Below, one piece after another: positions 17,740-27,302 of a DNA stretch of 64,000 bases. The position numbers were made by a program, and so were the translations under genes. Source of the DNA: an uncultured Desulfospira sp. (lineage in GTDB: Bacteria; Desulfobacterota; Desulfobacteria; Desulfobacterales; Desulfobacteraceae); the NCBI GenBank assembly GCA_963663165.1, contig OY760175.1, positions 1,984,001-2,048,000 of the forward strand, written 5' to 3'. The notes under the pieces were generated by a model. That model saw only the letters and a program-made list of their open reading frames with translations, did no database searches and was not told the origin of the DNA. Each line of letters opens with the position of its first letter. Within the stretch, counting starts at the first letter, position 1.

Positions 17740-19863
17740 TTATAATGCGATCCTCAAACCAGCGTAAAAATAGGCGCCCAGAGGAGAATCGAGCATGCTT
17801 TCCCTGTGGCCGCCCTCATAATCGGCCACATCCACGGGCGGTTCTTCATCAAATATGTTCCGTCCGCCCGCGAATACGCTAACAGACGGGGTCAGGGCAT
17901 AGGTGATCTGGGCATTGAAAAAATCAAAGTACTCGATTTTCAGAGCCGGAGATGTATCGCTTAAGTATTTGCCCCGATAGACATAGCGCAGGTTGGCGGT
18001 CAGCTTGTCCTTATACCGGTAGCTTAAGGTGGCGTGTATCTGGGACCGGGGGCGGTTGGTCAGGTCCTTGCCGTCCGGGTCTGTTGCCTCAAGATAATTG
18101 GCGGTTACATCCAGGTCAAACCCCCATGGAAGGGGCAGGCCTATACCGAGTTCCGCGCCTTTAAAAGTGGATGTCCCTTCCAGATTGATATAGGTGGTCT
18201 CGGTATTGGTATTGGATGTGCCTTCCGTGATGATTTCGGTTTCAATCATATTATCAATGTCGTTGCGGTACATATCAACCGTCAGTTGAAGACCGGCGGG
18301 ACCGAAAGGGGTCCAGACCGCCCCCACATTAAAATTGACCCCTTCCGAAGGCTCAAGGTCGGGATTTCCGTAGATATCGTTCCAGCCCATGGCACCAATG
18401 AAATTGTCATGAAGCTGATAAAGGGTCGGGGCCTGGAAAGAGCTTGAAGCAGAGGCCCGGAACGCCAGGTTCTCAGACCATTCGTACCGGGCGGAAATTT
18501 TGGGGGCCAGGTTGGTTCCGAAATCGGAATATTCCTCCACACGTCCGGACAAGGTCACGGTCAGCCGGGTGAAAAGTGTTATGCGGGTTTCACCAAACAG
18601 GGCGTATACATTCCGTTCCTCGACAAAGTCCCGGTATGGGGCATCCACATTTTCCCGGTTAAAGCCGGCCCCCAGGAAAAACGTTAACCAGGGCTTATAA
18701 TCCCAGTTCATATGGGCGTAAATATCCTGGGTATCGGACGTCAGATCGCCGTTATAATCCGGATCTTCGCTCTGGCGGTACTCGGTATCGGACAGGCCGA
18801 GTCCTAAGCCGGATTTAACCCGGAACGTATTAAACTCCCCTTCCCAGGTCAGCCCGCCGTAATAATCTTCCTTTTTGCTCTCACGGTCCTTGTTCAAATC
18901 ACCGGTTACCCCGACGCGCATCACTGAGTCTGTCAGGTTATACCGCAGTTCACCATCCAGGGTCTGGGTGGGGCTGATGTCATAAGATCCGTTGATGTTG
19001 GCCCCGGACTGTTCCACTTCCGGGGATGTCCAGCGCGGGTTGTCCGGGGTGCGGTCATAATGCTGGCTTTCCCGGCTGTTTGCACTGATATTGACAAATC
19101 CTTTTTCACCCACAGCAAACCCGGTGGAAACTTCACCTTTCTTTTCTTCACCATCCCCATGGATGGAACCGCCGGACTGAATGCTGGCGGTAAAAGGCCG
19201 GTTATACTTGCGCAATACAATATTAATTACACCGGCCACAGCGTCAGCTCCGTATTGGGCGGATGCACCGTCCCGGAGAACTTCGATACGCTCAATGTCG
19301 CTGATGTTGATGCCGCTGATATCAGTAAAGGCGAATCCGTCCTTATCCGGCCGGGTGCCGGGCTGGCGACGGCCGTTGATAAGGACCAGCACATGGTTGG
19401 CGTCCATACCCCGCATGCGAAGGGTCTGGACGCCGGGGGTGGCATTCATGTCCGGGCACTGGACCAGTTCAACCCCCTGAAGCACCTCTATGGCCTGGTT
19501 TAAGGAAACCGCACCGATCTCCTGTAAATCTTCGCTGGTGACAATCTGGACCGGCACGGCCATTTTTTCAGGGGTTTCAGTGCCGGTACGGGACCCGGTG
19601 ACCACAACGGTTTCCATCTGGTAAACCGAACTGCCTTTTTGCTGCAGGCCGGATACATCCTGTTGTACAATATCTGAAGCATTTTCTTCCGACAGGGCCG
19701 GTACCTGCCCATGCACCTTTATCGAAGACCATTCCTCTGCGGGGGCATCAGAAAATCTCAGGCATAAAAAAAGGATGGCTGCCATTGCCGAAAGCCTCGA
19801 TATGCCCCCCCCCGGGATGCACAAACAGCTGCCCTGCCTGCCCGTTTTTTCAAACCAATTCAA
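17740..19863 (-). CDS. TonB-dependent outer-membrane receptor (heme/cobalamin-like class)
   Basis: TonB box ETVVVTG, plug IERIEVLRDGASAQYGADAVAGVINI, FQAP...GNPDLEP motifs with His and Met between them, C-terminal beta strand YAGLRIAL. Confidence 0.92.
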   Translation of the reverse strand: MNWFEKTGRQGSCLCIPGGGISRLSAMAAILFLCLRFSDAPAEEWSSIKVHGQVPALSEENASDIVQQDVSGLQQKGSSVYQMETVVVTGSRTGTETPEKMAVPVQIVTSEDLQEIGAVSLNQAIEVLQGVELVQCPDMNATPGVQTLRMRGMDANHVLVLINGRRQPGTRPDKDGFAFTDISGINISDIERIEVLRDGASAQYGADAVAGVINIVLRKYNRPFTASIQSGGSIHGDGEEKKGEVSTGFAVGEKGFVNISANSRESQHYDRTPDNPRWTSPEVEQSGANINGSYDISPTQTLDGELRYNLTDSVMRVGVTGDLNKDRESKKEDYYGGLTWEGEFNTFRVKSGLGLGLSDTEYRQSEDPDYNGDLTSDTQDIYAHMNWDYKPWLTFFLGAGFNRENVDAPYRDFVEERNVYALFGETRITLFTRLTVTLSGRVEEYSDFGTNLAPKISARYEWSENLAFRASASSSFQAPTLYQLHDNFIGAMGWNDIYGNPDLEPSEGVNFNVGAVWTPFGPAGLQLTVDMYRNDIDNMIETEIITEGTSNTNTETTYINLEGTSTFKGAELGIGLPLPWGFDLDVTANYLEATDPDGKDLTNRPRSQIHATLSYRYKDKLTANLRYVYRGKYLSDTSPALKIEYFDFFNAQITYALTPSVSVFAGGRNIFDEEPPVDVADYEGGHRESMLDSPLGAYFYAGLRIAL

Positions 19864-20024
19864 CGGATCACTCCTGTTCGAACCGTATGGGCCTTCACGG
19901 TCATTGTTTTATTCCGGGTTTCAGTTAATTTTTTCGTCATTAAGCACAAAAACAAGACCCTTTCCTCCTCATCTCATTTGTTAACAGAAAAAATATTAGT
20001 TTTAACTACACTTATTAGTTTATA

Positions 20025-20044
20025 AAGTTCGTATGTTCGAACTT
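20025..20044. promoter_or_regulatory. Putative DtxR-family operator in the receptor/dtxR divergent promoter
   Basis: AAGTTCG-TATGTT-CGAACTT. Minus-strand TTGACA at 20063-20068 with its -10 region overlapping the palindrome. Confidence 0.7.
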
Positions 20045-20378
20045 ATTTTTTATTTACTTATTTGTCAAGAACAAATTTCACTAAAATTATGTTTTTTACC
20101 CCCTACCCCTCCCTCCACCCCATCCTGGCCACCACCCCCTTACACCGCCCTGTCAGCACAAAAATTTACCTTGCCTTTTGTCACCACATTATTAATACTC
20201 TGCTCACCCAAGGCGGACAGCACTGCTCAACCACCAGACAACCCCGCAGAATGATCCGGCCCTAAACCCGCCTGATGATTTAATCATCCGGTACCGGCCG
20301 CCAACAGGGGCGGCAATTTTCATCAGCCGACACTGGAATCACGCAAACAAACCGCCACATTGTGACCCGGGAGGAAAA

Positions 20379-20852
20379 ATGAAGAATCAATACCCGCCGT
20401 TAACCCCTACTCAGGAAGACTACCTGGCCGCTATTTTCAGACTGGCCCAAAAAACCGGCGAGGCCCGTTCTAATGCCATTGCGAACACGCTGGGGGTATC
20501 AAAATCCACTGTACCGGCAGCCCTCAAATCCCTGGCCGCCAGAGAACTGATCGTCTACGAGCCCTACAGCCCCATCCGCCTGACACCCAAAGGCTATGAA
20601 ACCGGCAAACGGATTGCCCACAGAAACTTTATCCTCAACGAATTTTTTGTAAAAGTCCTTCAACTGCCTGAACAGGAGGCCAGAAACACCGCCTGCCGGG
20701 TGGAGCATGCCGTCAGCGACGACACAGTCCTTGACCTGGGCCGTTTCATTTTCTTCCTGAAAGAATCCCGGGTTGATCTGACAAACTGGAAAGAAAAATA
20801 CAAGATCCCCAAAGACCATGCATTTGAACTCAACCCTTTTTCTGATCTTTAA
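20379..20852 (+). CDS. DtxR/MntR-family metal-dependent transcriptional repressor (no FeoA domain)
   Basis: LTPTQEDYLAAIF, HTH LGVSKSTV, IRLTPKG, ACRVEHAVS metal site. Confidence 0.92.
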   Translation: MKNQYPPLTPTQEDYLAAIFRLAQKTGEARSNAIANTLGVSKSTVPAALKSLAARELIVYEPYSPIRLTPKGYETGKRIAHRNFILNEFFVKVLQLPEQEARNTACRVEHAVSDDTVLDLGRFIFFLKESRVDLTNWKEKYKIPKDHAFELNPFSDL

Positions 20853-20957
20853 ATTTCTGTTTTTTTATATTGAGCCCCAACACCCCGCAGGCACTCTCAC
20901 TGGTCTGAATCTCCTCGCCAAGGGGTGTTGTTTTTAACGCGATACGATTTTTTTAAG

Positions 20958-20977
20958 AAATTCGATAGCTCAAACTT
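20958..20977. promoter_or_regulatory. Putative DtxR-family operator upstream of the 21093 gene
   Basis: AAATTCG-ATAGCT-CAAACTT; 17 of 20 positions match the site at 2247-2266. Confidence 0.55.
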
Positions 20978-21092
20978 ATTTGAAATAAAGGCTCGAAAAA
21001 AACGACAAAAAAAGCTATATAAAAATTTATATAATCGTAAAATTATTTTTATGCTAAACTAATTTTTTATATTTATATACCCTGACCCGACC

Positions 21093-22589
21093 ATGACCGC
21101 CGAGCATCAAACAAATCTGTTGCATAGAATAATTCAGGCCGGACTTGGCCTGTGCGTTGCCCAGGCCGTTGCCATGGCCCATCTGTTTACATCCAACCAC
21201 CATCTTTGCAATGTGGTAAAGGCTGTTGAGACGGCCGGTTACCCGGCCATTCCCCATGGGGCTCCGGCCGGCGCACTGACCGGTTTGAAACCAGCCGTTT
21301 ACGGGGGGCTGTTTTTTACCGTTACCCTGGGGGCCGTCCTGGTGGTCTTGTCCTTAGGGGTGCGGGATATTTTTCGCGGTCTGGGGGAAAAGGGGCGTAT
21401 GGGGCTGGCCCTGCTGCTTATGGTGATTTGGGCCGTTATCATGGCCAAGCTCAATGGAAACGGGTGGCGGCCTTATGAATCCTTGTACCTGACCCTTGTT
21501 CCCCTGGCCGTGTGGCTGATCCCGGGAACCAGTCCGGGCCATGGCGGTTCTTCCCCGGTGAGAAGGGTTAAGGGAATGGCCTGGGTCATTCCGCTGATCA
21601 TGGCGGCGGTCATTTTCTTAAGCGGTGCGGGCGCTGATTTTTTTTCCGGAATCCGGGATGTTGTGCTGCTGTCAAACCCTGTGGGACGGGTGGTTAACGA
21701 TTTTTATTACCGGTACACCCTTTATCCGGCACAGGCCTTCGCCCCGCTTTCGGGCAAAGACGTAAAGATCTGCAGGCTATCGGAGATATCCGACCCAGCC
21801 TTTCAGAGAAGGCTTGAAAAGAGCCTGGCCCAGTACGGATACTTTACGGCAGACGGCCCCCCGGATTTAACCATTACCGGGAAAGCCGGAAGGCTTTGCT
21901 TGAGCCGGCACGGGCGCCCTGCCCTGACGGTTCCGGCAGCCCGGTTTACGGCCAGACCCGGAGAGATTCTGAACACATTTTCCCATAAAACCGATGACTG
22001 CCGGTTTTTCAGGGCCGTTCTTAAAATCTGTGTACTGCTGGCGCTGCCGGCCTGGTATTATCTTTTTTTTGAACTTCTGGTTATACTGTCCCGACTTTCC
22101 GGCATATCTGAAGAAAAATCAGCCATGGCCGCAACCCTGGTCTGCGGTATGGGCTGCCTGGCGCTTTTCCTGCCTTATTGGTCCGGCATCAGCAAGGCCG
22201 CTAAACCAGCCGCCATTAATGAGACCTTCATTTCCGGCCACTGGACAGCACAAGTTTCAGCCTTAGACCTGATTGCCGGACAGAACCTTGAAATTAAACG
22301 ATATCCGGCTTACCCGGGGCTTATTAATTCTCCTTATATTGCCGTTCGCTACCATCTGGCCCGGGCACTGGGAAAAAGCAAAGATCCGTCCACCCGGGCC
22401 GCTTTGACGGCCCTGGCCCATGACCCCCACCCCAACGTGGTCTGCCAGGCCCTTTCCGGCCTGGGCCGGCGGAAAGGGCCGGATGCCCAAAAAACCATGG
22501 AAAAAATCCTGAAATTGTCTGATCACTGGTATGTTCAGCAATATGCCTGGAGAAATTTGAGGAGAACCGGATGGATACCGGAAAAATAG
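21093..22589 (+). CDS. Polytopic membrane protein with C-terminal HEAT repeats
   Basis: Several TM segments; VRYHLARALG..DPHPNVVCQALSGLG..WYVQQYAW HEAT-like repeats. Confidence 0.75.
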   Translation: MTAEHQTNLLHRIIQAGLGLCVAQAVAMAHLFTSNHHLCNVVKAVETAGYPAIPHGAPAGALTGLKPAVYGGLFFTVTLGAVLVVLSLGVRDIFRGLGEKGRMGLALLLMVIWAVIMAKLNGNGWRPYESLYLTLVPLAVWLIPGTSPGHGGSSPVRRVKGMAWVIPLIMAAVIFLSGAGADFFSGIRDVVLLSNPVGRVVNDFYYRYTLYPAQAFAPLSGKDVKICRLSEISDPAFQRRLEKSLAQYGYFTADGPPDLTITGKAGRLCLSRHGRPALTVPAARFTARPGEILNTFSHKTDDCRFFRAVLKICVLLALPAWYYLFFELLVILSRLSGISEEKSAMAATLVCGMGCLALFLPYWSGISKAAKPAAINETFISGHWTAQVSALDLIAGQNLEIKRYPAYPGLINSPYIAVRYHLARALGKSKDPSTRAALTALAHDPHPNVVCQALSGLGRRKGPDAQKTMEKILKLSDHWYVQQYAWRNLRRTGWIPEK

Positions 22590-23224
22590 ATGTCAAACCC
22601 CTTGGATGGGCTGTCTTGTTTGTGGTTGCCACAGAATGTGCCGGGCTGCTGATTTCCCGTTATGGTGCCCCTAAAATGCCGGTGCTGGCGGCACTGCGAA
22701 TGGTTCAAATCATTGGCCTGGCGAGATTGATTCTCCCCAAAGGCAAAGGCCTTGCCCCCATCGGGCTTGACCCGTCAGATTTGCAAAACGGTATCAAATC
22801 CGGGGTAAAATGGTCGGCCGGATTTGGCGGGGCTGCCATCCTGGTATTGGCGGGATTGATTGCATCTGAATCATCGTTTCTAAACCATTTGGGGACTATA
22901 CCCTATTCCCGGCCGGGTGAATTGGCGGGGTTCATGATATTGGCCTGTGTTATCGGGCCTGCAGCAGAAGAGATCTTTTTTCGGGGATATCTGTTTGGTT
23001 TTTTTAGAAAATGGGGGGTCTGGCCGGCCATGGGGCTTAGCACAATCCTGTTTGCCCTGGCACACCTGCCGGCCAGGGTGTCATTGGTTCAGATCATCGG
23101 TGGCCTGGCACTGGCGGCCATTTATGAAACATCCCAAAGCCTGTACGCACCGATCATGGTCCATATCCTGGGCAACACCGCCATTTACACCCTTATACTC
23201 TTCACCCCTCGATTATTTTCCTGA
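22571..23224 (+). CDS. CPBP (CAAX/Abi) intramembrane glutamic protease
   Basis: EEIFFRG, FALAH and HILGN motifs. Confidence 0.9.
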   Translation: MDTGKIDVKPLGWAVLFVVATECAGLLISRYGAPKMPVLAALRMVQIIGLARLILPKGKGLAPIGLDPSDLQNGIKSGVKWSAGFGGAAILVLAGLIASESSFLNHLGTIPYSRPGELAGFMILACVIGPAAEEIFFRGYLFGFFRKWGVWPAMGLSTILFALAHLPARVSLVQIIGGLALAAIYETSQSLYAPIMVHILGNTAIYTLILFTPRLFS

Positions 23225-23254
23225 TCCAGGGCAATCGTTTGTAAAAGTAAATCA

Positions 23255-23335
23255 AATCTCCAAAAAAATGGACTTTGGACTTGGGATATGGGACTTGGGG
23301 ATTGCCGTATCCATGGCCTCCCCAAGTCCCAATTT
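23255..23335. repeat. Heptamer-repeat (GGGACTT/GGGATAT) palindromic intergenic element
   Basis: An inverted copy lies at about 51605-51700 and a partial copy at about 8045-8075. Confidence 0.65.
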
Positions 23336-23375
23336 TATACATTAATCTGCCCGCTTTAATCCTTCATCCTTTCCC

Positions 23376-24596
23376 TCACCGGCAAAGAGAGAACCCCACC
23401 CTGACAATCTCTTCTTTTTTCCAGTATTCTTTAAGCCGTTCCGCATACCCGTTAAAATACTGGACATGCAGGTAAAGGTTGAGGCGACTTTTAAAAATCG
23501 ATGACAGGGGATAACTTAAATCCGCCTGAAAGCTAGGCCCTTTCCCGGCCCACCGGGTATGGGTATCCAGGACCAGTCCCATGGGAAAGCCCGCCTTGGC
23601 CTCCAGGTCAAAATACCCCCGGTAGTCGTAAAGGTCCGGGTTGGTATCATTATCGTTGCCCACATAAAACCAGAGCCGCGGGGCCAGGGACAGATAAATC
23701 TCGTCTGTCAGGCTGAACGCCATGATGGGTTTGATATAAATGGTATTGGTGGATCTGGATTCATCCCCGCCTTTGCCGTTTGATTCATGCTGGAACCCGC
23801 CCTGGACCCCAAAGGCCTTAATCCATGAGGTATGCAACTCTATTTTGGGAATCAGGTAAAACAATTCGGGTTTATAGCTGGTATCGTCAAAGGGTTTGGA
23901 ATCGGACTTCAAGTCCCAGTAAGAGGTCTGGGTGTACGCTATGTGAAACCCGTCCAGAAAGGTATTGGCTTTTTGGCTGCTAAAGGGCGCATTGAACAAT
24001 TTGTACTTAAAGCTGAACTGAAATTTGCTTTTTTCCATCCCGGGGTCAACGCCGAACAGAAAATACAAGGGCTCATAGGGGCTGAAATTATCCAGAAAAG
24101 GCTGGAATTCACTTCGTTTCTCGCCAAGGGCGATCTGGCCGGAATCCGGTTTATCCGGCTTGGGGGCCAGGGCATTGAACAGAACCGAGCCGGCATTATG
24201 GGTTTCCAGAGATAAGGTAACACTGCCCTGCATGGTGTCCGGCAGCAAAAACGCATATTCCTGTTTGGCATACCCGCTGGCCGGAAGGGTAAGGGCCTTG
24301 CCTTGGGGGACTGGTGCCGGGACAGCCTCAACAACCTGTTTTTCGGAATTGTTGGCCAGCACGACGTTTAAGGCGGCATAGGCGTGGGTGGTGACGGCGG
24401 ACGGTTCCGGGTTGTGGATAAACAGGGTAAACCGGGTCTGGGTGCCGGCGATGATTTCCCCCTGAGGCGGAACAATAAAAAGAGCAGATGCCTGAACCTG
24501 GGCCGGCAGGCCAACGGCCAAGGCGAACATGATTAAGGAATAAACCCCCAAAATACCGCATTGCCGTGCCCAAAACAGATGATGTCGCATGATCAC
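23376..24596 (-). CDS. pldA: Outer-membrane phospholipase A with N-terminal extension
   Basis: KFQFSFKY, AYTQTSYW, SKPFDDTSYKPE, catalytic HESNG, QYFNGYAE. Confidence 0.88.
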   Translation of the reverse strand: MIMRHHLFWARQCGILGVYSLIMFALAVGLPAQVQASALFIVPPQGEIIAGTQTRFTLFIHNPEPSAVTTHAYAALNVVLANNSEKQVVEAVPAPVPQGKALTLPASGYAKQEYAFLLPDTMQGSVTLSLETHNAGSVLFNALAPKPDKPDSGQIALGEKRSEFQPFLDNFSPYEPLYFLFGVDPGMEKSKFQFSFKYKLFNAPFSSQKANTFLDGFHIAYTQTSYWDLKSDSKPFDDTSYKPELFYLIPKIELHTSWIKAFGVQGGFQHESNGKGGDESRSTNTIYIKPIMAFSLTDEIYLSLAPRLWFYVGNDNDTNPDLYDYRGYFDLEAKAGFPMGLVLDTHTRWAGKGPSFQADLSYPLSSIFKSRLNLYLHVQYFNGYAERLKEYWKKEEIVRVGFSLCR

Positions 24597-24669
24597 ATTT
24601 CCTGTCAGCGGCAGGATACCGCTTGTTTTATAAGTGTACCTTCCAACTTACAGCCTAACAACCTTCAGC

Positions 24670-26100
24670 CTATCCCTGCCACCGGGAGTTGATGTACTCA
24701 TGGGCTTCGCTCATACTCAAAGGAACCGATGAGGCCCCGGCTCGGATATAGAAAGCTTCCTTGCCCTGGTCCGTCACAAAAACCGGACGCTCCCCCGGTT
24801 TCACTAAAATCCGGCAGACATCTTTTCCATCCATGGGCTGAATCTGGATGACAATGAATTCGTGGCTGTGGCGGCCCAGATTTTTGGAAACCAAATCCGA
24901 CAGCTTGAGCATAAACCCGTCCCGGTTGGGCTTTTTTTGAAAGGTCTGGTAATCGGCTTCAATTCCTAGCGGCTCTCCATCATCACTGATGCCGATAAAC
25001 AGGGTGCCGCCCCGGGCATTCATGAAGGCGGACAGGGTTTTCACAATCACGGCTTCCAGGTTCTTATCCGTTTTTTCAGTTTTGAGATTCCACCTTAAAG
25101 AAGATTTAAATTCAACCCAGTCATTTTCACCCTTGGCGATAATCTGTGCCCAGTCATTGGAATCAGCCAGATGACCGCTCAACTTCAGTTTCCTTAACCT
25201 GGACTTGAGCCGGAGCACATAAAACCCAAACCCGATGCACCCGGCCAGCAGGATGACAACGCCCCCCAGGGCCCATCCCCTGTGCCGGGCGAAAAAAGGC
25301 TTAGGAACAATCCCCCACTCGGTGTAAAGGGCGTCCACATCTTTTTGAGGCACGTTGTCAAGGCCCTGATTGATCATGGTCAGCAACGGGGTGTTTCCCT
25401 TGCGGACACCGGCCCGCAGTTTTTCTTTATATAGGGTTTTCAGACTCTTAAACTTATCAAAAGAATCGTGTTCCGCCATCAGGAACAGCGCATTGGGAAA
25501 ATCCAGGGCAAAAGCGTTGAGCTTTCCTGCCACGGCCATGTCTGTTACTTCCCTGGGGCTTTTAAACGCCTTTACGGTCACGTTGGGATACCGGTCCTTA
25601 AAAAAAGAAGCGGCAAACCCGTCCTTGACCACACCCACCGGGAGTTTGGCGGAAAATTCCTCAATGGAGCCAACCGGTGAATCATCCCGGACATAAAGGT
25701 TGGTATGAACCTCCATGAACGGGTTGGAAAAATCCAGAAAAGCTGACCGCTCCTCAGATTTAAAAAGCCCGATCATCACATCGGCCTGGCCGGATTTTAC
25801 CCGTTCAAGCCCCTGGCTTAAAAACCCTGGCAAAAAGGTGATGGTGACCTGGTTGCGCTGTCCCCACAGCGTCCAGAAATCAATGAGCAGCCCTTCGGGT
25901 TTGCCCTCGTCACTCACATATGAATAGGGTCTGTAATCCTGGTAGCAGGCAATGGTCAGGGACTCAGCCATGGCCTGGGAGCCGGGCCCGCCTGCCATAA
26001 TCAGGACCGCAAGGACAGCCCCGCACATGGCTGCCATCAATGAACGGCAAAAGGGAAAACAGCTGCCGGCATATCGTTTTGTAGTAGTCAATTTCAACAC
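24670..26100 (-). CDS. Family-3 periplasmic solute-binding domain, TM helix, cytoplasmic Schlafen/AlbA_2 domain
   Basis: DYRPYSY..G...GLLID and FSNPF (SBP_bac_3); TM WALGGVVILLAGCIGFGFYVL; GENDWVEFKSS..AFMNARGGTLFIGISDDG..FYIRAGASS (AlbA_2). Confidence 0.85.
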   Translation of the reverse strand: MLKLTTTKRYAGSCFPFCRSLMAAMCGAVLAVLIMAGGPGSQAMAESLTIACYQDYRPYSYVSDEGKPEGLLIDFWTLWGQRNQVTITFLPGFLSQGLERVKSGQADVMIGLFKSEERSAFLDFSNPFMEVHTNLYVRDDSPVGSIEEFSAKLPVGVVKDGFAASFFKDRYPNVTVKAFKSPREVTDMAVAGKLNAFALDFPNALFLMAEHDSFDKFKSLKTLYKEKLRAGVRKGNTPLLTMINQGLDNVPQKDVDALYTEWGIVPKPFFARHRGWALGGVVILLAGCIGFGFYVLRLKSRLRKLKLSGHLADSNDWAQIIAKGENDWVEFKSSLRWNLKTEKTDKNLEAVIVKTLSAFMNARGGTLFIGISDDGEPLGIEADYQTFQKKPNRDGFMLKLSDLVSKNLGRHSHEFIVIQIQPMDGKDVCRILVKPGERPVFVTDQGKEAFYIRAGASSVPLSMSEAHEYINSRWQG

Positions 26101-26204
26101 CTGTCTTTTAAAGGAAGGGCTTTAGCATGAGTCGTTGCTGACCGGATCTTATTTAACCTGCCACTTCATAAGTGAAATTATGGCTGAAGTCAAGATTTAC
26201 CGGA

Positions 26205-26285
26205 ACGGGAGACCGGATACCGGATCGCTCATCCTTAGGGGTTTCGCATCCGGTCCTCAGGTCTCCCTTCTTCCGGGCTCCCTTT
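26205..26285. repeat. ACCGGA-type heptamer repeat / MITE-like element
   Basis: Core CCGGATGCGAAACCCCTAAGGATGAGCGATCCGG, with related copies at about 34745-34875 and 36945-37035. Confidence 0.6.
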
Positions 26286-26359
26286 TTCTTTAAATCCGTG
26301 CTATATGAATTCTGCAGATGGCTTCCCCCGCACACCTCGAACATATGGAGACATAGATC

Positions 26360-26947
26360 ATGGCACAACATTCGGCCAACCATCCAAAAGGTGCCGGTAA
26401 AAGCAGCTTTGAATTAATCAACCCGGATCGGTTAAGGGATTGCCTGCCCGTAAAACAAGGATCAGTTATCCTGGACCTTGCCTGCGGAAAAGGGGGTTAT
26501 ACTTTTTTCCTGTCGGGCATTGCCGGGGATACCGGCCTGGTTTACGCCCTTGACCAGTGGGAACAGGGCATTCAGAGCATCGAAGAAAAAATTGAGCAGG
26601 ACCATATCACCAATATCTACCCCCTGTTGCAGGATGCCGCCAAAGAAATAGAGATTGATGACTACAGTATTGATCTGGTTCTAATGGCAACGGTGCTTCA
26701 CGATTTTAAAGAGATGAACACATCGGATCCGGTCTTAAAACAGGTAAAGAACCTGTTAAAACCCAGGGGGCACCTGGCTGTCATTGAATTTAAAAAAATT
26801 CAGGGCCCTCCCGGACCGCCCATAGACATCCGACTCTCCCCGGAGGAGACCCAAAACATGGTTTCCGCACACGGGTTCAGGCAGATCAAGAGCATTGATA
26901 TCGGAGAATACAACTATCTGGCACTCTTTAAGGAGGAAGACCGGTAA
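26360..26947 (+). CDS. Class I SAM-dependent methyltransferase
   Basis: ILDLACGKG, LLKPRGHLAVIEF, GPPGPP. Confidence 0.85.
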   Translation: MAQHSANHPKGAGKSSFELINPDRLRDCLPVKQGSVILDLACGKGGYTFFLSGIAGDTGLVYALDQWEQGIQSIEEKIEQDHITNIYPLLQDAAKEIEIDDYSIDLVLMATVLHDFKEMNTSDPVLKQVKNLLKPRGHLAVIEFKKIQGPPGPPIDIRLSPEETQNMVSAHGFRQIKSIDIGEYNYLALFKEEDR

Positions 26948-27028
26948 TAGGCTGAAGACTGAAGGGGATTAGAACTGTGCATCCCTTCAGCCTAAGCACC
27001 TTCAGTCTAAATCCCTACAAAATCAAAA

Positions 27029-27060
27029 AGGCCGATTCCTTAAATTAAAGAATCGGCCCT
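27029..27060. terminator. Hairpin terminator between the methyltransferase gene and the tRNA
   Basis: GGCCGATTC...GAATCGGCC with a flanking A-run. Confidence 0.6.
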
Positions 27061-27072
27061 TGATGTTTAAAT

Positions 27073-27148
27073 TGGCTCCCCAGCACGGACTTGAACCGCG
27101 GACTTAGTGGTTAACAGCCACTCGCTCTGCCAACTGAGCTACTGGGGA
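27073..27148 (-). tRNA. tRNA-Asn (GTT)
   Basis: TCCCCAGTAGCTCAGTTGGCAGAGCGAGTGGCT-GTT-AACCACTAAGTCCGCGGTTCAAGTCCGTGCTGGGGAGCCA; 76 nt, encoded CCA. Confidence 0.97.
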
Positions 27149-27302
27149 GCAGGCTTGACTTGGTATCCCTGAATCAAGACCTGGAGTTTATATATCAGGG
27201 TCCTTTTTTTGTCAATAGAAAAACAATAAAAAAATTGACATCATTTATATATATGGTTATTCTCAACCCATAAGTATTCAACATACCAGGGAGGGAGTTT
27301 CA

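Noticed and set aside
19864..20378. Cobalamin riboswitch upstream of the TonB receptor
   Set aside because: No B12-box or conserved core on the minus strand; a DtxR-type palindrome is present instead. The GGGAAG motifs elsewhere are antisense and lack the rest of the fold.
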